This document shows positions 57,918 through 64,000 of a stretch of DNA of 64,000 bases, piece by piece. Where the stretch lies: positions 1,280,001 to 1,344,000 of the forward strand of contig CBDIID010000003.1 of assembly GCA_965279515.1 (NCBI GenBank). Direction: 5' to 3'. The notes beneath the pieces are model-generated. The model saw nothing but the letters and a program-made list of their open reading frames with translations, did no database searches and was not told the DNA's origin. Position 1 is the stretch's first letter, and each line of letters starts with the position of its first letter. The translations under genes and the position numbers were made by a program. This stretch comes from Turneriella sp. (GTDB lineage: Bacteria; Spirochaetota; Leptospiria; Turneriellales; Turneriellaceae).

Positions 57918-58814
57918 CTAACCTTTTCCCTCACGACCGTGCAGAATGCGTATCGTCTGCGCATGGAGTTTCACCGTGTCGCCGATATTGCGCGCATAAC
58001 CGCCGGCAGGCACCGTCACGATCGGTACATCGGGCATAAAATTTTTGACGACGCGGTCGCGCTCGGCAATACCTGCGAACGTCAGTTCGAGGCCACCGAG
58101 CGCATCGTCCTTGTAGACATCGACGCCGGCGACATAAAAGATGATATCGGGAGCGAAGACCTCGCGCATAATTTCAAGGTTTTCTTTCAGTAACTTCAGG
58201 TATTCCGCATCACCGAGATGCGAAGGGAGATCGACGTCATGGCTCGAGCGCTCTTTGACCGGGTAGTTATCTTTCTCGTGCATCGAAAAGGTATAGACAT
58301 TCTCGTCATCCTGCAACAGCACCGCCGTACCATTGCCCTGGTGTACGTCGAGGTCAATCACCGCAACCTTGAGCCCCGGGTGCTTGAGGCGCAGCGAGCG
58401 TATCGCCACAACGACGTCGTTCAGAAAGCAGAAGCCTTCGGCATGGTCGGCAAACGAGTGGTGGAAACCACCTGAAAGATTTGAGGCAACGCCATGTTTC
58501 AGCGCCAGCTCTGCGGCAAGCACGGTGCCCTGGGCAGCAGCACGCACGGCTTCAACGATACGCGCGTCAATCGGCACCTCGGCGCGCATTGTTTTATCGG
58601 TTACCCGTGCGGCTAAAAAATCGTGGAGGTATTTTTTTGTGTGCACACGCGCGAGCGTCGCTTCGTCTGCAATTTCGGGCACATTCCACGTCCAGCGTTC
58701 ATGCTTCAGTTCGTCGTAAAGCATGCGGAACTTTGCCGCTGAAAGCACCTGGGTATAATCGGAAACATCGTAGAGCGGGGAATAGACCAGTTCACCGCCT
58801 TTTTTATTTGCCAC
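57918..58814 (-). CDS. Histone deacetylase family Zn-dependent deacylase
   Basis: GGFHH, GFCFLND, DLDVHQGNGT, AGVD..DALG, GGY. Confidence 0.93.
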   Translation of the reverse strand: MANKKGGELVYSPLYDVSDYTQVLSAAKFRMLYDELKHERWTWNVPEIADEATLARVHTKKYLHDFLAARVTDKTMRAEVPIDARIVEAVRAAAQGTVLAAELALKHGVASNLSGGFHHSFADHAEGFCFLNDVVVAIRSLRLKHPGLKVAVIDLDVHQGNGTAVLLQDDENVYTFSMHEKDNYPVKERSSHDVDLPSHLGDAEYLKLLKENLEIMREVFAPDIIFYVAGVDVYKDDALGGLELTFAGIAERDRVVKNFMPDVPIVTVPAGGYARNIGDTVKLHAQTIRILHGREGKG

Positions 58815-58820
58815 GGTGAT

Positions 58821-59141
58821 TTAGGGTTTGTTCCGGCAGAACTCGCGGAACTTTTCCGAACCAAACGAGGCGTCGACCGTGGTGATTTCGGGCATTTTGT
58901 AGGGGTGCTTATGCATGATATAGTCTTCGATCTTGTCGTAGTTCTCGCGTTTTGCCTTCATGATGATTTTGGTCTCTTCATCGAGGTTAATCTTGCCCTC
59001 CCACTGGTAGAGCAGCGTGGTCGCGGGAAAAAGTGTTCCGCTGGTAATGAGCCCGGATTCGAGCAGCCCGGTGACCAGTTCTTCCGCGGTTTCGGTATCA
59101 TTGATTGCCGAAAAGATGATAATTTCATTGCTTTGGGCCAT
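58821..59141 (-). CDS. cutA: Divalent-cation tolerance protein CutA
   Basis: LYQWEGKI..E..HPYKMPEI. Confidence 0.85.
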   Translation of the reverse strand: MAQSNEIIIFSAINDTETAEELVTGLLESGLITSGTLFPATTLLYQWEGKINLDEETKIIMKAKRENYDKIEDYIMHKHPYKMPEITTVDASFGSEKFREFCRNKP

Positions 59142-59234
59142 TCAGCAGACAAAATCAGCCCGGTTTGCTGTAAAGCCTGATATCCCCGCCCCTAATTTAC
59201 TTGTAGGGGGGTTTTTGATGCAACCTTTGGCCCG

Positions 59235-60209
59235 GTGTCTTTGCGCATCTCAGTACCTGCAAGCACCGCGAACCTGGGCCCCGGTTTTGATATCTGGGGT
59301 ATTGCCCTCGATCTGCGCAATGAATTCATCTGCGACAAGGCCAAGCGTTCCGACGGGTCAATCCGCCTGAGCTTTTTTGCCGGCGAATCAAAGGCCGTCA
59401 CCAGCCAGTCACTGCCCAAAAAGGTAGAGCCGGATAACCTCTTTGTGAAGGCCTATGCCTACCTGATGAAAAAGGCGGGGCAGACACCGGTCGCCTGGGA
59501 CGTACAGATTATGGTGAACGTGCCCTTCAGCCGCGGCCTCGGCTCATCGAGCACGGCGATTCTCGCGGGGCTCACGCTGGCGAATGAAACTTTGCGCCGC
59601 GAACACCAGATGGCATACCGCATCGAACAAATTCTCGACTTTGCGCTGGAATTCGAACCGCATCCCGACAACATCACGGCTGCGCTCTACGGCGGCTGGA
59701 ACCTTTGCCTTCCAGCAGACCGGCCGCAAGAAGACGGCCCCTCGTATATGCACCTGCCGCTGCCCATACGCGCACCGGTTAAAATTGCCGGAGTGATTCC
59801 CGACCTGAAGCTCGAAACACGCGATTCGCGCCAACTGATTCCCGTGACCATTTCACGCGCCGACCTGACCTTCCAGACCTCGCGCGTCGCCGCGCTCGTG
59901 TCGCTACTCAGCCGCGAAAATCTCGGCGCGGCCGACGCCACGGCATTCCGCGCTGCGATGGAAGACCGCATGCACACGAGCCAACGCTCACACCTGATAC
60001 CCGGCATGTTTGAAATTTTTGAAGACTGGTACCGCGACGGCGCGCTGGGATGTTTCCTGTCGGGAGCCGGCTCGACCCTGCTCGCCTTCTGGCCACAGAC
60101 GGTGGACATCAACACCCTCGACCTGACCCGCCGGCTGCGAGAAAAGAAGATTGCAGCTGCGCAGCGCGAGTTCCAGATCGACCAGAACGGCCTTATGGTC
60201 CTCGCCTAA
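59235..60209 (+). CDS. thrB: Homoserine kinase
   Basis: VPASTANLGPGFD, PFSRGLGSSS, EPHPDN, LSGAGST. Confidence 0.93.
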   Translation: MSLRISVPASTANLGPGFDIWGIALDLRNEFICDKAKRSDGSIRLSFFAGESKAVTSQSLPKKVEPDNLFVKAYAYLMKKAGQTPVAWDVQIMVNVPFSRGLGSSSTAILAGLTLANETLRREHQMAYRIEQILDFALEFEPHPDNITAALYGGWNLCLPADRPQEDGPSYMHLPLPIRAPVKIAGVIPDLKLETRDSRQLIPVTISRADLTFQTSRVAALVSLLSRENLGAADATAFRAAMEDRMHTSQRSHLIPGMFEIFEDWYRDGALGCFLSGAGSTLLAFWPQTVDINTLDLTRRLREKKIAAAQREFQIDQNGLMVLA

Positions 60210-60246
60210 GCCGGCTATCCTCACCCGCGGTGCCTGCGGATTTGGC

Positions 60247-60275
60247 TTGAGCACTTTCAGTTTTTCACCGATAAT
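60247..60275 (+). promoter_or_regulatory. Candidate sigma70 promoter, possibly leaderless
   Basis: TTGAGC-17 nt-GATAAT, 5 nt before the ATG at 60281; no SD. Confidence 0.35.
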
Positions 60276-60280
60276 TTAAC

Positions 60281-61093
60281 ATGCGGCATAATACCGATAC
60301 CATCGCAAATCTGCGCTCCCGTTTAAAGCAAATACAGGCACAAAACCGCGTCATGGCACTGAAGACCGGTACAGAAGTCGAAGATATGGGTTTCGATGAA
60401 ATCGCCGTGATGCGCGAAGTTTCGCTCGAAAACGGTGCGAAGCTGATGCCGCTGGTTGTTAAAATCGGCGGCCCGGAAGCGCGCCGCGATATGCGCGAAT
60501 GCCTTCGAATCGGCGTCGATGTTATTCTCGCGCCGATGGTCGAATCGGTCTATGCCCTCGTGAATTTTGTCGAAACCGCACAAGGCCTGATGCGTGAAAC
60601 CGGTAAAACCGCGAACCTGGCAATGAATCTTGAGACCGGTACCGCAGTGCGAAACCTGGATGCGATGATAGCGACCAAAGCGTTCGCGGCACTCAGCCAG
60701 GTCACCATCGGCCGCGGCGATCTCTCGAAGAGCATGAACCTTGGCGTCGACGACGAAGAAGTTCTGACGGCGACACGCAACGTACTCACCAAACTTTCAC
60801 GACAGAAAAAGCTGACTTCGGTCGGCGGTGGCCTGAGTGTGCATAATATTGTCACCATGTCCGAAATTTTACCGTCAGACCGCTTCAACACGCGGCATAT
60901 TGTATTCGAAAATTCCGAAGCGTTCGGCCGCGATGCCGCGCGCAATCTCTCCGAAGGTCTTTATTTTGAGCAGGCACTCTACGAGGCGCTGGCTGAACTC
61001 AACCCCGATCGTGCGGCATTTTATTCTGAGCGCAATAAACAGCTCGAAGAAAGGCTTCCCGTCCTGAGAATTAGACGCACTGCGGCCATGTGA
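60281..61093 (+). CDS. HpcH/HpaI aldolase / citrate lyase family protein
   Basis: VKIGGPEA, APMVES, NLET, IGRGDL. Confidence 0.8.
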   Translation: MRHNTDTIANLRSRLKQIQAQNRVMALKTGTEVEDMGFDEIAVMREVSLENGAKLMPLVVKIGGPEARRDMRECLRIGVDVILAPMVESVYALVNFVETAQGLMRETGKTANLAMNLETGTAVRNLDAMIATKAFAALSQVTIGRGDLSKSMNLGVDDEEVLTATRNVLTKLSRQKKLTSVGGGLSVHNIVTMSEILPSDRFNTRHIVFENSEAFGRDAARNLSEGLYFEQALYEALAELNPDRAAFYSERNKQLEERLPVLRIRRTAAM

Positions 61094-62187
61094 AAGTTGC
61101 AATCGTCGGCGGCGGTTACGCTGGCATTGCAACGGCAATCGAACTCAGCAAATCTAAAAATCCCGTTTCGATAACCCTCTTCGATCCGCGCGAAAATCAC
61201 CAGAAGATCACGCAGTGGCATAAACTTGCCCGCGGCGAAAGCGCAGCGCGCTATGAAACACCGTTCCACGAGCTGGCGCGCAGGTTTAACTTCACCTTCA
61301 CGCGCAAATCTATCGATATCCCCGCGCTTTTGAAAGATCCGGCAACGGCACTGGGGCAAAAATTTGATGCTGTCGTGATCGCGCAGGGCTCACACTCGCC
61401 CGCCGATTTGCCCGGGGTTCTGACACTCGACGCGCTGCGCGACGATACCACAAAACAGGAATATATCCGCAACATACGCCGCCAGAAAATTGCCGTGATC
61501 GGCGGCGGCCCGACCGGAATTCAATTCGCCTTCGAATTCGCTGCGCGCGGCAATAAGGTCGACCTCTATGAGGCGCGCGACCGCCTGCTGCCCACATTCG
61601 ACCACTCGCTGGGGCAAACGGCGCTGAAGGCAGCGGCACGGCACGGTATCACTCCGCATCTGCTCACCGAATTCATCAACCTTGTGGATGGCCGCCTGCG
61701 CGGCAAAAGCGGAGAGAAAGAAGTTACCGGCGAGGCCGACCTCGTGCTGTTTGTTCCCGGGGTGCGCTCGACGCCGGCATTCACCTGCGATACCTATGGC
61801 CGCGTCGAGGGGCTCGGAGCCCCAAGGTTTGCCGCTGACACGACGTCATCTGTGCGGCAAACTGAGGGTTATCCCCACCAGCGTTTTTATGCCGCGGGTG
61901 ATAACAGCTATTTCAGCGGGCGCGGTCTCAACACCAAGAGCGCGCAAGCCGCCGTCAGAAAGGGCCAGCACATCGCGCGCACGCTGGTTGCCGACCTGAC
62001 AGGCGCACCCGCCAAAGAATACACGTACCCCGAACTCGGTTATTTTGTTTCACTCGGTCCCAAAAATGCAGTGGGATATATGCTGTCGCAGAAGACGGCA
62101 TTTTCCGGTGCGGCGGCGCTCTTCATGAAAGAGGCCATTGAAAAACAATACAATCTCTACCTGGCCGGTCTGAACGTCTATCCCTGA
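61090..62187 (+). CDS. NAD(P)/FAD-dependent oxidoreductase (NDH-2-like)
   Basis: VGGGYAG, IGGGPTGIQ, YAAGD, AQAAVRKG, GYFVSLG. Confidence 0.85.
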   Translation: MKVAIVGGGYAGIATAIELSKSKNPVSITLFDPRENHQKITQWHKLARGESAARYETPFHELARRFNFTFTRKSIDIPALLKDPATALGQKFDAVVIAQGSHSPADLPGVLTLDALRDDTTKQEYIRNIRRQKIAVIGGGPTGIQFAFEFAARGNKVDLYEARDRLLPTFDHSLGQTALKAAARHGITPHLLTEFINLVDGRLRGKSGEKEVTGEADLVLFVPGVRSTPAFTCDTYGRVEGLGAPRFAADTTSSVRQTEGYPHQRFYAAGDNSYFSGRGLNTKSAQAAVRKGQHIARTLVADLTGAPAKEYTYPELGYFVSLGPKNAVGYMLSQKTAFSGAAALFMKEAIEKQYNLYLAGLNVYP

Positions 62188-63104
62188 TCTTTCGGCAGGG
62201 CCGCGAGAACCAGGTGTTTACTGACCATCGCGCGCACCTGTTCAGGCAGCGAGTCGCGGTTTTTAAAAGCCGGCAATTTTTGTTTTTTCGCCGCGCCCAT
62301 GAGTTGCTGCAGAAAGACCCCATGCGCAAAACGCAGCGCGGCCGTATAGTCGGCGGTTGTCAGGCCTTCGCGCGCGATCAGAAGATCAGGCATGCCGAAA
62401 CGGCCGAGACCGTGGGTAAAAAACCGCGCCTCACCCTCTTTGTCGTAAAAATTAAAACCGGATACCAGGTGCGTATTCAAAAGCCGCTCTGCCCGGTGGT
62501 AATGCGATAGCCCCGCGCGGATGCCCACCGGGGGAACAAAGATAAACATATCGGGATCAGCAACACCGGCAAAATTCTTTTTATCGAGAAATGCGGCGAC
62601 GCTGTAGGCCATCAGGATAGCGTCGATACGCTGCAGCGGTGACAGCCCCTTCAGCGGAACCACAAGCCGCATAAAAAATTTCTGCGAAAGCGCGCGTGAC
62701 TTTTCCTTATTTCCGTAGGGCGCAAAAGTAATCAGGTCGCGCGTGGCATCGGAAATATTGCCGCTATAACCTTCAAAGAAAACAGTTTCGCCGCCGGACT
62801 TCGTGTTTCTTAAGCTGCAGATGCCGCGTGGCGCGCGGTTCGACGCCGAGCGCGGACCGATTTTTAGCGTGAGGTGAATGCCCCAGAGCGCGCGCAGCTG
62901 GCGCAGCATATCGATGCCATTATAGCTGACCTTCCCGTCATAGAGCGCCCAGATCTCCGCCTTGTCAGCGACACCGGATGCGGTTTTCCCTGCGGTGCTT
63001 TTCGCCACCTTCTCACCGGGATAACGGTTATGCAGGAATATATTTTCGAATAGGTTTTCATCAAAACCGGCATCGAGCGGAAAATCTTTTGCAACGAATA
63101 ACAT
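62178..63104 (-). CDS. Hypothetical protein
   Basis: 308-aa ORF 5 nt downstream of the MMPL gene; FFTHGLGRFGMPDL segment. Confidence 0.6.
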   Translation of the reverse strand: MLFVAKDFPLDAGFDENLFENIFLHNRYPGEKVAKSTAGKTASGVADKAEIWALYDGKVSYNGIDMLRQLRALWGIHLTLKIGPRSASNRAPRGICSLRNTKSGGETVFFEGYSGNISDATRDLITFAPYGNKEKSRALSQKFFMRLVVPLKGLSPLQRIDAILMAYSVAAFLDKKNFAGVADPDMFIFVPPVGIRAGLSHYHRAERLLNTHLVSGFNFYDKEGEARFFTHGLGRFGMPDLLIAREGLTTADYTAALRFAHGVFLQQLMGAAKKQKLPAFKNRDSLPEQVRAMVSKHLVLAALPKDQG

Positions 63105-63109
63105 ATAAC

Positions 63110-64000
63110 CTACTTTTTGCGCCTGGGCGCGGCTTTCTTTTTGACAGCGCGCGGCTTGCGGGCGGTGGCTTCGGTAGCCGCAACCGCAGGCAGAACGTCT
63201 GCACCCGATGGGACCATCCGCTTGTCTTCACGCACCGCAAGGTATGCCGTCATAAATACAAGGGCAAAGGCGAGGCAGGAGACCTCACCAATAACGGCCA
63301 TGAGACCAAAAGACGCCATCGCCTGATTCTTGGCCCACAGCATGGAGCCGTAACCGATGATCGTCGTCCAGGAACAGAGGGCGACAGCCGAACCGGTGTG
63401 GGCGACGGCGTCTTTGATGGAACGTTCGCCATCGGCCTTGTAGCGGTAATAGAGATTGATCGCATAGTCGACACCGATACCGATCGTAATAGGTATCGTG
63501 ATGAAGTTGAAAAAGTTCAGCTTGATTTCGAAAAAGTAGAGCGCTGCGATGAACGCTAACAAGCCCAACGTCAGAAACAGGTAGACGAAGAAAAATTCTT
63601 TGATGCGCCTGAAGCCTATCCAGATAAACGCGCCCACCGCCAAAAAGCAGATGAACGTCACCAGGGGCCCCTCTTTTGCAACATCGCCCAAAATATCGAT
63701 GAAGATCATCGATTCGCTGGCAAACAGCACTTCGCCCGGCCCGAGATTTTTGCCCGGGGCGATCTTCACCGCCGAACCGATTTCATGGCCGATCTGCATG
63801 ATGTCTTTGATATTCGAAAGCACGGCATTCTCGCCCGCCGTGACAAAAAGCACGCGCCCCAGGGTACCGTCAGCTTCACGGAAATTGCGGATGACCATTT
63901 CGGGCAAATCTTCGGTTTTGAACGGTTCTCTCTTCAGGGCATTCAGCGCAACCTTACCCCATTCGCGTTCGTCTGCGTTGAGCAACGAAAGATATTTCGG
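63110..64000 (-). CDS. MMPL/RND family transporter (5' truncated by window edge)
   Basis: PITIGIGVDYAI, TTIIGYG, ASFGLMAVIG; multiple TMs. Confidence 0.88.
   Translation of the reverse strand, partial: PKYLSLLNADEREWGKVALNALKREPFKTEDLPEMVIRNFREADGTLGRVLFVTAGENAVLSNIKDIMQIGHEIGSAVKIAPGKNLGPGEVLFASESMIFIDILGDVAKEGPLVTFICFLAVGAFIWIGFRRIKEFFFVYLFLTLGLLAFIAALYFFEIKLNFFNFITIPITIGIGVDYAINLYYRYKADGERSIKDAVAHTGSAVALCSWTTIIGYGSMLWAKNQAMASFGLMAVIGEVSCLAFALVFMTAYLAVREDKRMVPSGADVLPAVAATEATARKPRAVKKKAAPRRKK

Noticed and set aside
1..64000. CRISPR array, tRNA or rRNA genes
   Set aside because: No regularly spaced repeats or recognisable structural RNA genes seen by eye; tRNAscan/Infernal were not run.

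Overview
Bacterial chromosomal window, probably from a GC-rich Leptospiraceae spirochete. The DUF1554/Len-type surface protein, SH3 lipoproteins and PilZ/FecR-type genes point there; Turneriella-like is my inference, not verified. Most of the window is housekeeping or signalling: ABC permeases, clpP, deoC, lpxI, etfBA plus thiolase, DEAD-box helicase, pit, hisBHA, cutA, thrB, barnase-barstar, an ECF sigma/FecR cluster and c-type cytochromes. A visibly more AT-rich accessory island runs from about 10.8 to 23.5 kb. It holds two toxin-antitoxin pairs (one toxin internally deleted), fragments of a broken RDD gene, tandem beta-barrel-like exported proteins and a defence-like cluster. That cluster is an OLD-family ATPase-TOPRIM nuclease facing a 511-aa Abi/UG-type reverse transcriptase (not a retron, not a group II intron). 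The RT is directly preceded by about 300 bp of non-coding DNA with several hairpins and a U7 tract, and further upstream by a co-oriented membrane-anchored protein with a Cys/His motif. This membrane protein + ncRNA + RT unit is the best candidate for a DRT9-like or undescribed defence-associated RT system. No tRNA, rRNA, CRISPR array or integrase was recognised.
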